From the NCBI GenBank assembly GCA_977862235.1, contig OZ374565.1:1116001-1180000 (forward strand): DNA of 64,000 nt, given 5' to 3'. Positions 13,460-24,935 of the stretch are shown piece by piece. The notes below the pieces were generated by a model. That model had not been told where the DNA came from. It saw nothing but the letters and a program-made list of their open reading frames with translations, and did not search any database. The translations under genes were made by a program, and so were the position numbers. Within the stretch, counting starts at the first letter, position 1; each line of letters starts with the position of its first letter. This stretch comes from Dudresnaya verticillata. Its lineage: Eukaryota.

Positions 13460-16400
13460 TCATGTAGAATGACACTGGGCACGAGCCTTTGCCTTGACAC
13501 GGGCGCAGCCCGGAGAGGCCAAGAACTCGGCGAGTAGTTCCGGAAGGTCTTCGTGGACTTGCTGCAGTGGCTCCCAAGTCAGGTCAACGGAATCTGGGAG
13601 TCCGTCCCATTCAACCTGAATTTTGACTTGGCCACCAACTTCGCGGATATCACGCAGCGCCCGGGCATCCTGGTAGGAAGCCTCGGTGTGCTGGGCGGCG
13701 CGACGCAGCTTGGTGTCCACTTCCTTTCCTTCCATGTCGGCGCGGTACAGCAGCAGACGGCGCGCGTGCACGATTCGCCGCTTCTGGTCCAGCAGGTTCT
13801 CAACTTCGAAAACCAGTTCGGACTTGACAGCCGTAACGCGACGCGGACCCATCCACAGGAACTTGAGTTTATGTCCCTTGTCCTGCGCTCGACGAACAAG
13901 CACAAAGTCACCAACCTGAATGTTAACAGGCTGGACCTTGGTCTTGCGGTTGTGTGCGTCAACTTGACGCTTCCGTGAAGCTTTTGCCTCGAGGGCGACG
14001 CTTCTGTGCATCTGCCCAAGGGCGTCTTGAAGCTCCTCGATATTGACCAACTGACGTAGACGAACCTCATCCTGCGACTGAGCGTTTCGATACCTCTCGA
14101 CAGGCATCGCTCGCATCAGCGGGCGTTTCGGTAGCTGTCCAGTGAAGGCTTCGAGCGGCGCGCGGTAGATTCCAGGTTGCGACTTATCTCGCAGTCCAAG
14201 TCTCTTTATCGGTGCATTGTTCAGAACGGATTGTACACACTTCGTCACAGCAGGCCAATCGCGTGGTGCCAGTTTCCATTCACTACAAAGGGCTCTGCAG
14301 GCTAGTAGAACCTCGCGGCAGACCCTTTCGACTGTTCCATTCGCCCAAGGGGAGTAGGCGGTAGTGAAGTGGTGATGGACGCGTAGCTCTGCAGTCAGCT
14401 CCTGAATCAGCTGGTTCTTGAAGTGTGAACCTTGATCTGAAACCATCCAATCCATCGCGCCAAAGGAGGCGATCCAGTGACTGACGGCATCAGCGGCTTC
14501 TTCACTGTTAGCGGCCTTGCAAGGCCATAGCCAGGTGTAGGTCGAGAGATCATCTCGGAGGATGAGCAAGTATAATTTCCCGTCGGAGCTCGATCCCATG
14601 TAGAGAAAGTCGAGGTGCAAGACCTCATTGGGCTTCTCTCCATGAAGTGCGTGGGACAGTGGACGAGGAACTATTCGGCCAGATCGGGTGATGATGCAGT
14701 GCAAACATCCCTGAACGAGCTTCTCCACATCTCTGTCCATTGTATCCCAAAAGAAGTTCTCCTTTAGGATACTCTTGCTCCCATCTACTCCTCGATGTCC
14801 GATCACTCCACAGTGGGAGGCGACTAGAATCTTCATCTGAAGCTCTAGGCTGTCGGTAGGAATCCAGATACGACCGTCTTTTTCGATCAGGTCAGACTCA
14901 GGATTCAGGTTAAATTCCTTCGGTATGTTTCCTGCTTGCTTCTGCGCGTCGCGAATGCGTTTCCGATCAGGCCAGACTACTTCGTCTGCCGAGGGGATAA
15001 CCTGCTCCGCGGACTGCAACAGACTGTTGATGGTCTTCATAACTACTTTCTTTCTCCTGTAACCACGCGCCCAGCGGGTCAGGATGTCAGCGAAGATGTT
15101 GGAAGTAGCACGCACGTGCTCGATGACGTACGAAAACCTTGATAGGAATAAGGCCCATCGTTGGACCTTTGAGACGATGTGTCGTCCCAGAGCGGGTTCA
15201 AGCGCAAGAGGCGCAAACACAAACAGCAGATTGCGATGATCTGTGTAAATGTGTGCCGGGTTAGCTCCAGTCAGGATGTAGTCGAGCTTATCGAAAGTTT
15301 TGAAGATGGCGAAGGCCTCTTTCTCGAACGTGCTCCATCCGACTTCAGCTCCTTTGAACTCCGCACCGAGAAAAGCTAACGGCTCGTGTCGTTGCTCCTC
15401 GATGGGTAACTCCAGATCTTCTGGTGGAGTCTGGGTCACGACGGAAGACCAGAATCGATCTGATGCATCCGTGAATACGCATATCTCCATTCCAGGTCCC
15501 GGATGAGACAGGGTAACAGAGTTGCGCAGTGTGTCCTGTAGTTTGCGGAAAGCGTCCGCATGGGGAGTGCCCCAGGACAGAATGCTCAACTCTATATGCT
15601 TGATGGAACGCTTAGTGCGTTTACCTGAGCGGGAGTACGCCTCCTCCAGAACAGACGTGAGTGGAGCAACCAGCTGTGCGAAGTCCGGTATACACGTCGC
15701 CATCCACCTACAGCAGTAGATAAACTCTGCTAGCTCAGCAGCAGTGTGGGGTAAGTCCATATCCTGAAGCGCAGAAAGGCGTGAAGGGTCGAAGCGGTAC
15801 CCTTCGCCAGTGATTATGCGCCCACACCACTTCATCTCCTTGGAAAAGAAGACAGACTTGAGAGCTGAAAGAAAGAGTCCATGCTGGTGGCAGATCTGGA
15901 AGAATCGTTCCAGGATACGAAGAAGATGGTCTTCGTTATGAGCATGAGCACTGAAATCGTCTAACCAAGCTTTTAGGTTAGCTCGGAGCTCGCTGAACAG
16001 GGGCTCAACGGTACTCTGGAAGTAGGATGTGGCGTTTGCCAGACCGGGTAGTACTCGCTTGGATGCAAGCACGGTCCGTGGCATAACGATCCCACACGAG
16101 CTGTACGATTCAGGATGCAACGGTAGTTGCCAATAAGCAGAGACGAAGTCCAAACTTGCAAAACATGAGCTGCCAGCAAAGTCTAGTACTTCTGAATCGA
16201 GATGCGGCATCGGCCATGACTCCTTGAGCGTCGCCGCATTAACGGGACGCAAGTCTATGGCCATCCTGTACTTGGATCTTGAGCCTGGTTTGGGCACGAT
16301 CAGCGGGGCAGCCTGCCAAGCCGCGGTCGGCATAACCAAAGCGAAGTCCATTTCCAGGATCTTGTCAGCATATTTCTCCATGAACGCACGCTGTTCGGGT

Positions 16401-16468
16401 GAATAGCATCGCGCTTTGACCCGCACTGGTCTGCTTTCCGGCGCAAGTCGGACCCTCATAGGTTCCAC
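13460..16468 (-). CDS. pol: Pol: reverse transcriptase, RNase H, integrase, chromodomain
   Basis: RMAIDLRPVN, LDFVSAYWQ, WLDD (RT); FTDASD, YTDHRNL (RNase H); HHCC plus LHLDF, SDQGSHF, NGTVER (integrase); VEWDG...TWEP (chromodomain). Confidence 0.95.
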   Translation of the reverse strand: MEPMRVRLAPESRPVRVKARCYSPEQRAFMEKYADKILEMDFALVMPTAAWQAAPLIVPKPGSRSKYRMAIDLRPVNAATLKESWPMPHLDSEVLDFAGSSCFASLDFVSAYWQLPLHPESYSSCGIVMPRTVLASKRVLPGLANATSYFQSTVEPLFSELRANLKAWLDDFSAHAHNEDHLLRILERFFQICHQHGLFLSALKSVFFSKEMKWCGRIITGEGYRFDPSRLSALQDMDLPHTAAELAEFIYCCRWMATCIPDFAQLVAPLTSVLEEAYSRSGKRTKRSIKHIELSILSWGTPHADAFRKLQDTLRNSVTLSHPGPGMEICVFTDASDRFWSSVVTQTPPEDLELPIEEQRHEPLAFLGAEFKGAEVGWSTFEKEAFAIFKTFDKLDYILTGANPAHIYTDHRNLLFVFAPLALEPALGRHIVSKVQRWALFLSRFSYVIEHVRATSNIFADILTRWARGYRRKKVVMKTINSLLQSAEQVIPSADEVVWPDRKRIRDAQKQAGNIPKEFNLNPESDLIEKDGRIWIPTDSLELQMKILVASHCGVIGHRGVDGSKSILKENFFWDTMDRDVEKLVQGCLHCIITRSGRIVPRPLSHALHGEKPNEVLHLDFLYMGSSSDGKLYLLILRDDLSTYTWLWPCKAANSEEAADAVSHWIASFGAMDWMVSDQGSHFKNQLIQELTAELRVHHHFTTAYSPWANGTVERVCREVLLACRALCSEWKLAPRDWPAVTKCVQSVLNNAPIKRLGLRDKSQPGIYRAPLEAFTGQLPKRPLMRAMPVERYRNAQSQDEVRLRQLVNIEELQDALGQMHRSVALEAKASRKRQVDAHNRKTKVQPVNIQVGDFVLVRRAQDKGHKLKFLWMGPRRVTAVKSELVFEVENLLDQKRRIVHARRLLLYRADMEGKEVDTKLRRAAQHTEASYQDARALRDIREVGGQVKIQVEWDGLPDSVDLTWEPLQQVHEDLPELLAEFLASPGCARVKAKARAQCHST

Positions 16469-16494
16469 ATTGGCTGGTGGGGATTTTCCCAGCC

Positions 16495-17382
16495 TTACTC
16501 GAAAACCGAGTTGTACTTGATGAACATATTGGACAATTTATTACAGCCTGAATGAGACATGCCATTAGCGCGAGCTTGCTCAACGCGGTCAGTCAGAGCT
16601 GCTTCCAGCTCCCCTGGCTTGTCATCTCCTAGGTCTATGTAGATGTCGGCGTCATCAAGAGCATCGTCTTTGGGTTCACCATGGCTATGGTACGTGGTAC
16701 CGAACTCAGAATCGGGACGCACCAGACTGTGAATTGCACCTGCCGGCGCGGTTTCTTCACCGTCTTGATTCTTGAGTAGGTTCTCGACGTCCACATCGCC
16801 TTGGAATCGCTCACTCGCAGCGGCGAGGAGAATGCGATTGTCCAGTCCGAGAGCACTCAGGACATGGCGGCTGATGAGTGCGTGAGGTAAAGCCTTGTCT
16901 GCCACGTGCCACTGCACGCGGCGCAGGCATAGGTTAGAACCATGGCGGATGCTAAGTAGCACAGACGCTGTAACCTTGCGGCTACAGGTGAGCGGGGACG
17001 CAGTCGTGTCTACCATCTCGAACGAAGTAGGATTTTCCAGGTCGGTCACTTTCAGGTTAGGATCAACCTGAACCATTCGGTCGAGAGTTTGTGGAGGTAG
17101 CACGTTCGCATCGGACCCTTGGTCTGCCAGGACAAAGCTATCAATGGCTCCATCGCAGAATTTGGCAGAAAACATTGAAGTATTATCCAGGTTCGAAGGC
17201 GAAGAAAGTTTCTTGATGCTTCCAGACTTAGCCTTTTTCTTCTCGTGATATTCAGCCAACAACTTCCTTTTGTCTTCTTCGGAAGTGTTGTTGCATTCGC
17301 GCATGAAGTGCTGTTCGTTGCATTTCGGATTAAGACAGTTAGGGCGACTGCGTTTGTTGGACCTGTCATCGCCCTTCTTATC
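16495..17382 (-). CDS. Gag zinc knuckle and aspartic protease segment, in frame with gag after a TAG
   Basis: CLNPKCNEQHFMREC knuckle-like motif; LADQGSD protease-like motif; ends one base out of frame with pol. Confidence 0.8.
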   Translation of the reverse strand, partial: DKKGDDRSNKRSRPNCLNPKCNEQHFMRECNNTSEEDKRKLLAEYHEKKKAKSGSIKKLSSPSNLDNTSMFSAKFCDGAIDSFVLADQGSDANVLPPQTLDRMVQVDPNLKVTDLENPTSFEMVDTTASPLTCSRKVTASVLLSIRHGSNLCLRRVQWHVADKALPHALISRHVLSALGLDNRILLAAASERFQGDVDVENLLKNQDGEETAPAGAIHSLVRPDSEFGTTYHSHGEPKDDALDDADIYIDLGDDKPGELEAALTDRVEQARANGMSHSGCNKLSNMFIKYNSVFE

Positions 17383-18168
17383 CTACGCGTTTCCAGACGA
17401 GTTTCCAGCATCGTCCTTTTCCTTTCTGCTCGATCCCTTCTTGCGGCGATTCTTCTTGGGTCGTCCTGAATGGACAGGCGTAACTTCCAGGTCGGAGTCA
17501 GCCTTGTCCCGAATGGCACTTGCGGCTTCGTGGCGGTCGACCAACTTGGCCTCCTTGGCCACTTCCCTAATAAATAGGGCGTAGTTGTTTTTGAACTCAT
17601 CCTTGCGCAGTCTGAATGTCAGTTTCATGCGTTTACGCAACTGGTCGTGCGTTATCCTGGATAGAATGTGTCCAATTGCTACCTTGGGCTGCTTCTGAAT
17701 GAACTGAGAGTAGCCAATATCTTCCAGCTTGGTCGCGTAGTCGAGACTCAGGTTCCAAATCTGAATCTCGAGTGATTTCTCCGACGTGTAGATCCGGACC
17801 TTGGAGATGTCATTTTCGATCCTTGCGAGGTCGTAGTCCTCGTACGAAACTTCAGCACGCTCGTCAATACAAGCTTCCAGGTGGTCCTCGGTAATGTCGG
17901 ACGTAACCTGAACGGGAACCCATTGAGCCGTGACAAACATGTCAAGAATCGGCTCCTCGATGGAGTTGTAGAGAGACGTTGTCGGAATATCAACGCTCTG
18001 CTCGGCGCTTTTCTCCTGAACGCGTCGCATGTAGATCTCACGCTTCTGCTTGAACGCGACGAAATCTTGCGTCTTGATACCTTTCAGCCTAGGGGCTTCG
18101 AGGGTTTCCACGATAGTCTGCCTGACGGCATCGCTATCCGCATTTGTAGTCTTTCTCCTTGGCGGCAT
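17383..18168 (-). CDS. gag: Gag-like protein
   Basis: First ORF after the 5' LTR; 261 aa with a basic C-terminus. Confidence 0.8.
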   Translation of the reverse strand: MPPRRKTTNADSDAVRQTIVETLEAPRLKGIKTQDFVAFKQKREIYMRRVQEKSAEQSVDIPTTSLYNSIEEPILDMFVTAQWVPVQVTSDITEDHLEACIDERAEVSYEDYDLARIENDISKVRIYTSEKSLEIQIWNLSLDYATKLEDIGYSQFIQKQPKVAIGHILSRITHDQLRKRMKLTFRLRKDEFKNNYALFIREVAKEAKLVDRHEAASAIRDKADSDLEVTPVHSGRPKKNRRKKGSSRKEKDDAGNSSGNA

Positions 18169-18241
18169 AGTGCTATACTGTCACCACTGACGTACGGTTT
18201 TCCTCAGGCTTTCCCGCGCGGGCTTGAAGCGAAGTAATTAC

Positions 18242-18745
18242 TGTGAATTCCTGGGAGAGGAGCACCGTCGCGGTGGGTGCCGTTGCCCCTCCGCTCGGTC
18301 AGTTCGCCGAGAGAGGGCTGCCTTTGTTGAGAACGCGGCTCGCGTTCTGCTACCAAAGACAGGGGACTGTGCCTCGCGCAGCGAGAAGCACAGGGACATC
18401 GACTTGCCGCGTATACCGTGGGCCGCAGGCCACACGAAACGCCGGGTCGGTGCTGTGGCGTAGGGACACGCCCGTGATCTCATTCTGGTTGCGTATCAGG
18501 CGCTGCCTGTCGACCAGAAGATTACTACCAGCGCCTGGATAGATCCAGGAGACCTGATACTGCTTCACAACATCAGCCAAGCGGCTGCACGTGGTACCCG
18601 GTCGCAGACCTGGCGGCGCCACGTAGCCCAATGGCGCAGCCATTGTCCGCACAGCGGAATTTCAGGTCAGGAGCTAAACGGCGCAGCCGTTTCCGCGCAG
18701 CGGGTCCTGACCTGAATAGCACGTCGATAGCGCTCAGGTGTAACA
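18242..18745 (-). repeat. 5' LTR
   Basis: 504 bp; contains a 12-bp inverted repeat ttcaggtcagga/tcctgacctgaa at 18661-18672 and 18705-18716. Confidence 0.96.
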
Positions 18746-18749
18746 GCAG

Positions 18750-19245
18750 GCAACTTTGCTTCTTTCGAAGATGCAGTTCAAGTGCTCAGTGTTGCCGATG
18801 CCAGTCATGCCTTTCCAATCTTTGCGTTGGGTGTTGCGGTTTTCCCAGCTTTTGCACTTCTAGTTCCGAATGCTGCCCTGGTCTCTTCTGCATTGGTTTT
18901 AGGTGCGACACGTCGCTAACGCCACCACCGCCGCCATGCAGGAAGAGCGGAGAGACGTGTGGAGCTGACACAACTGCCTGCTGTCAGTTTACAAAATGCG
19001 TAGCTGGAAAGTGTGAGGATCGTTACAGACACAATGGTGAACCTTGTGGCGGGACAAAGGGGTGCTGTAATGGGACATCCTGCCGGGGCGGTACTTGCCG
19101 CCCAACTTGCACGCTGATCACCGGAGGTTGTGGCCGTTTTGGGGATCCCCCGTGCTGTAAACCTTTGGTTTGCAAACGTGTGCGTCCCGAAGCGCGCAAA
19201 GCATGTGGAATAGCTTGTCCAGGAGGAGGGGATAGATGTGATTAG
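18750..19245 (+). pseudogene. 3' part of the interrupted secreted gene: five knottin (ICK)-like Cys modules
   Basis: Repeated C-x6-C-x5/7-CC-x4-C-x4-C pattern, e.g. CRKSGETCGADTTACCQFTKCVAGKC. Confidence 0.85.
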
Positions 19246-21572
19246 GATTTGCTGGGATTGACAGTGCGTAAAGTGCGTAAATCGGAGAAGCTCACAAAAG
19301 CGTCTGCAAAGTCGTGATGTGCGGTAATAGCTCCGTGGCTCCTTCTGTTATTTTTGGTACATGGTTCTGTCCGGGTCTAATCCCCAAAGTGAGTGTATGG
19401 CAAACGCTTGCGATACCCCAAAAGTAGTTACGCTTTCGAAAGGTAGTTTCTTAGACTTGGTAACCATGCACTGATCAGTGATAAATCCCCCATCTTCCGG
19501 CATCAATACAGTACCAGCAAGGAACTCTGAAGGTCTAATTTCTGGACCCCATGAGGTATGTTGATGTCCTCAAGGGCTCAAAGACATCCGGGAATGTTCT
19601 GAAGAAAACTAAGATGGCCTTAATTGCAACGAGATCTGATCCTTTTTATTACATCAGAAGCTTTTACTTAGAGGCAGTATGTCAGTATGTAGTATGCAAA
19701 TAAAAATATGTATGGCGATAGACTTCTAAACAACTTCGGTATCACAATTCTTGGGAGATTTCGGAACATGGAATTATGCTCTTACCTTAAAGTATGTGCA
19801 TCTGCGCCTGTGAATGAATGGAATCCAGTAAAGTTGGCCTTGGACACCCAAAAGTAGTTGCAGGACGAAGAATTTTGAAAGTCAATTATTCTGCTAGAGG
19901 AAAATCGAGAGTGAAGTTCACTTAGTGAACACTCCGGTCTATTGCCGTTCCATTCTTTTCCATAGTTGATTAGTATATGAAGCAGTTGTTTTTGTGTCGT
20001 CTGATAAACGTTTGAGCAGTCCCTCGCCGACGCAAGTTTCATATAAGTAGTCATGGTGGTTTCAGAGTCCGGCCTGTCGTATTGCACTGCTCTACATTTT
20101 AAAAATAAATTGTCTTCTAGTGACTGCTCAATAGCTCAATGAAAAGTCCATAAACAGGATGCAAGTTACATTCTGTTTTCTATTTTTATTGTGCAAAACT
20201 CTGGTTCAACGCGTGCAGGATTAGAAATAAAGCCAAGAACGGTAACCATTGATGAGGTTAAATAAATATACCACCCACCCATGGAGTTTTCTGAGGGCGA
20301 AGGAATAATACGATTGACAAAAAATCGCTCTGGGGGCATTGTATCATTATTGCAGCTAACCTTTGTTGCGTGAAACTCACATTTTGTATGAACTTTATTC
20401 ACGGCAGAGGAATGGGTACTGCGTCGCATTGCATTGCGGCTTGAAGATCCCACGTGGCTAACAAGATATTGGTGCAAAACTTCTCACGTCACGTTCTCTT
20501 TCTTTCTCGACTGGTAATTGCCGATACAATTTGATGAAGTATCTCTTGCTAAGTGCTCCTTCAGACACCCTTTTCACTCTGAGACTAGAGATCAACGAAG
20601 AAATGAGCATCCAATGAAGGAAATAGGGAAGCTATTCGCACTGCAAATTGTTAGCCTCTACGAGGGCTAAGGGGCAAAGCAATGGTTGGTAACTTGCTAT
20701 CGCCTTCAAAGGCTAGAGCCTGATTTCTAGATTATCTTTCCTTGAATTCCTATCCCTCTTCGGTATGCGTGAAATCCGTGAACAACATAAATGAGAGCAG
20801 TGTTGAAGTGCTGGCATGATTAAGTAGCGCTAGGATGCATTGAGTAGTATTGGGTAAACAGTGGTTGAGCAAAGCTGAGTTTGTGCCAATCTGTTCCAGA
20901 GACATTGCATGCGCGTTCCCACAGATTGGATTTAGGAACCCGCCCACACTGGCAATCGGCCGTTGAGAAATAGCAACACTTTACAAACTTTACAAGTACA
21001 CTTACTGTTTCCCGAATCGCAATGTCTTACCAACCTCTACAATTCCCTGTTGGACGTGAGGACATACAATAACAGCAAAGTCGGTCTCACGCACCCAAGC
21101 CAATGCTTGAAGTCTGCTCTTGCAATACAGCAACGAAGCTGTGGGTATCAACATCATCAACCTAACACGCAAAGGGTGAAACTGTATCTACGTTACAGAT
21201 ATGAACCAAAGAACCTTCGTAAGACTGTGCATAAGAAATCGTCCAAACCCAAGACACATACTACCCTGAACCGAAAACGGACCGACTGCTTGCGAGAAGG
21301 TTAACCAGGACTCCTGAAGGCTTGTCTGGTTCCCGGCCCCACCCTCAAGTTGAGCACAGGGCTTGTGAAAACAGTGCCTCGTAGCATCTGACATTGAAGT
21401 GGCCTCCTTGTCGATGTCCGATCACGACAGCTCTTGAAGGTAACCGCAGCTTCCACTCTAGCAGGCTGAAGACTCTAAGACTCTTTCGGTGCCTGCGCAA
21501 AATGCTGCATAACTTCGGGATCGCGCGCTGAAGTCCCGGCTGCTAAGGGTTGCAGCTCATCCTTGAACCAGT

Positions 21573-22887
<1,315 letters not shown>

Positions 22888-23153
22888 GTGCAAACGGCTT
22901 TTGTTGCTTCCTTCGGCTTCCTTCGACTTGGCGCCTCGCTTTGCGTGTTGTGGCGATGCTGATGCCGTGATGACCAGTCGGCGGCGACAAAAGCAAACAA
23001 CCGGTGGTTCCATTACCACCATAGCTGCTGGAGGTGCTTTCTCCGGTTGCTTGACCATGGGCCGGCAGCAGCATCGGCGGCTCTCTCTCTCTCTGGAGAG
23101 CATCATTACAGGCAGACGCGATTACAGTACCTCCTACACGTTTCCAAAAACGT

Positions 23154-23234
23154 GGCAGCAAGTCACAACAATTCTTCCATGGCAGGAAGTCACAACAATT
23201 CGTCCATGGCAGCAAGTCACAACAATTCTACCAT
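23154..23234. repeat. 27-bp tandem repeat, 3 units
   Basis: ggcagcaagtcacaacaattcttccat-type unit x3. Confidence 0.9.
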
Positions 23235-23482
23235 GGCAGTCCAACTTGTTCAACTGTGCTTATCGCCCGTCAGGGTGAGGTGTCTGGAACACACTGGCTC
23301 GACCTTGGTCATCTCGACACTGCTGCCGGGGGTCTCAAAAGCCACCTCGCAATGGGACTTCTTCGCAAACCTCGTTCCAGGCTCTGCAAGGTTTGGCCGT
23401 ATACGCACCCTCGCCTTTTGCAAACGCCCAGTTCCTAACTACTTGGAGCTCTCCCTTCCCGCTCACATCCTCACCACCAGAC

Positions 23483-24559
23483 ATGGATCCGGCAGAGGCC
23501 AACCTGCTGCCGTCCGCATCAACCTGGCAGGACGCGCCTCGTGGCCCGACCGTCAAGGCTTTGTCAATGTCGCACACAGTGTGGCTATGCGCGGCGGCGT
23601 TATTGTTCGCACTTTTCTTTATGCCGTTGTATGCGTTGGCGTCGTTCTTCGTGTTTCTACTGCAGCTGGCCGTACTCTATGTTCTGCTTGCTCGCCATGC
23701 ACCCAAGCCATCCCAACAGGCAGCCCTGCGCAGGCGCTTGCTCTATTCTTCTCTCTTCGCACCCGCACTGCAGCTGCTGGTTGTATCGATCACAATGGGC
23801 ATTGCCATCGACGTGATAATTTACTTCAACGTCCTTTTGGACAAGTCCCCTTTAGCGGAGTCCGGCTCGGCCGCTGCACAGTCTCAGTCGGAGAGCATTA
23901 ACAAGGCCTGGGAAAAGTTTTTCAAGAGCAACGTCGGGCATGCGGAGCTGATAGGCGTGACGGTCGGTATCACTGCCCTAGTACAAGCGCTGACGCTGCT
24001 CCTGCTGACCACAGGGCAAATGACAATGCAAGCTGAGCGCAACACAGAGGGAGTGGTTGTCATCAATGACCCGTCGGTTGATAGCGTGGTGAGCTACTGT
24101 ATGGTCGGGGCAGTCGGGCTCGGCATGGGTCACACGGCGGCACGCGCCGCGGTGCTAACGTTTGCGACTCGGATTGTGGGGACGGTGGATGTCCTTGCAG
24201 CCGCGAAGGCCCTGGGCCAGGTTGGGTTCTTCGGCTCGCTCGTGTCCGGGTGCGCCAGGTTTGTCGCGTTGCTAGCGGAGCAGGCAGTGCTGGCCGTGAG
24301 CGTGGCTGAGCGCGACGCGGTTTGGGGGAAAGGAGGCGTGGCCGCGGCGTTTGGAGTGGTCTTCGTCGCGCACATCGGGATCGAGCTGGTCGAGGTGGTG
24401 CGCGGCCTGTATGGTAAGCAGTGGCCGGCTTGGGTGGCATGGGGCGTCCTGCCGTTGGTTTACGTGGGCATAGTGGCAGCGTTGGGACGGTGGGCGTGGA
24501 ATAGATACCGAAGGGCATTTGCGGAGGAGGGCTCCCGACAACGTTTGGGTGCAGCGTAG
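23483..24559 (+). CDS. Multi-pass membrane protein, PrsW-like (degenerate), paralog A
   Basis: 358 aa from ATG 23483; YCMVGAVGLGMGH and VFVAHIG segments fit a PrsW-like layout; no EE motif. Confidence 0.8.
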   Translation: MDPAEANLLPSASTWQDAPRGPTVKALSMSHTVWLCAAALLFALFFMPLYALASFFVFLLQLAVLYVLLARHAPKPSQQAALRRRLLYSSLFAPALQLLVVSITMGIAIDVIIYFNVLLDKSPLAESGSAAAQSQSESINKAWEKFFKSNVGHAELIGVTVGITALVQALTLLLLTTGQMTMQAERNTEGVVVINDPSVDSVVSYCMVGAVGLGMGHTAARAAVLTFATRIVGTVDVLAAAKALGQVGFFGSLVSGCARFVALLAEQAVLAVSVAERDAVWGKGGVAAAFGVVFVAHIGIELVEVVRGLYGKQWPAWVAWGVLPLVYVGIVAALGRWAWNRYRRAFAEEGSRQRLGAA

Positions 24560-24935
24560 CGCAGTGAAGTTTTTTGAATAAACGCGAGTTTTTGAGGTCG
24601 TGGGGCACTGCGGCCTCGAGAATTACAGTCAGAGCATTTGTAGCGCCACCACCCGCAGCCGAATACGCGAATGTGGCTTGTTTTAGGCAGTTGCCCAACT
24701 GCCGGTGGTTCAACGCCCTTCAGAGATCCAAACCTCCCCGGCAATGGTGCCTCCAGCCATTCCTCATAGCCTTCTTGGTGCCGACTCGAGGTCCCGCCCT
24801 GACATGGCAAAGGCCGCGGCTGGCTCCGCAGGGCAGTCAACTTGACAAGGAAGGCCCTTTGCGGCGGAGCTGTTCGGCGACGGGGGCGCCTGTCGCAACC
24901 TCTCCACTGCACCCCGCCCATCCTCGCCAGCGGAC

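Larger units (their letters stand above)
12919..18745 (-). mobile_element. Full-length Ty3/Gypsy LTR retrotransposon (chromovirus)
   Basis: Two 504-bp TG...CA LTRs; TSD gcag at 12915-12918 and 18746-18749; domain order gag-PR-RT-RH-IN-chromodomain. Confidence 0.97.

Noticed and set aside
18631..18749. N-terminus of the 204-aa Cys-rich ORF
   Set aside because: It is LTR-derived; the true N-terminus is at 12803.
22888..22930. Histone 3' stem-loop after H4
   Set aside because: aaacggcttttg only superficially resembles the consensus and forms no 6-bp stem.
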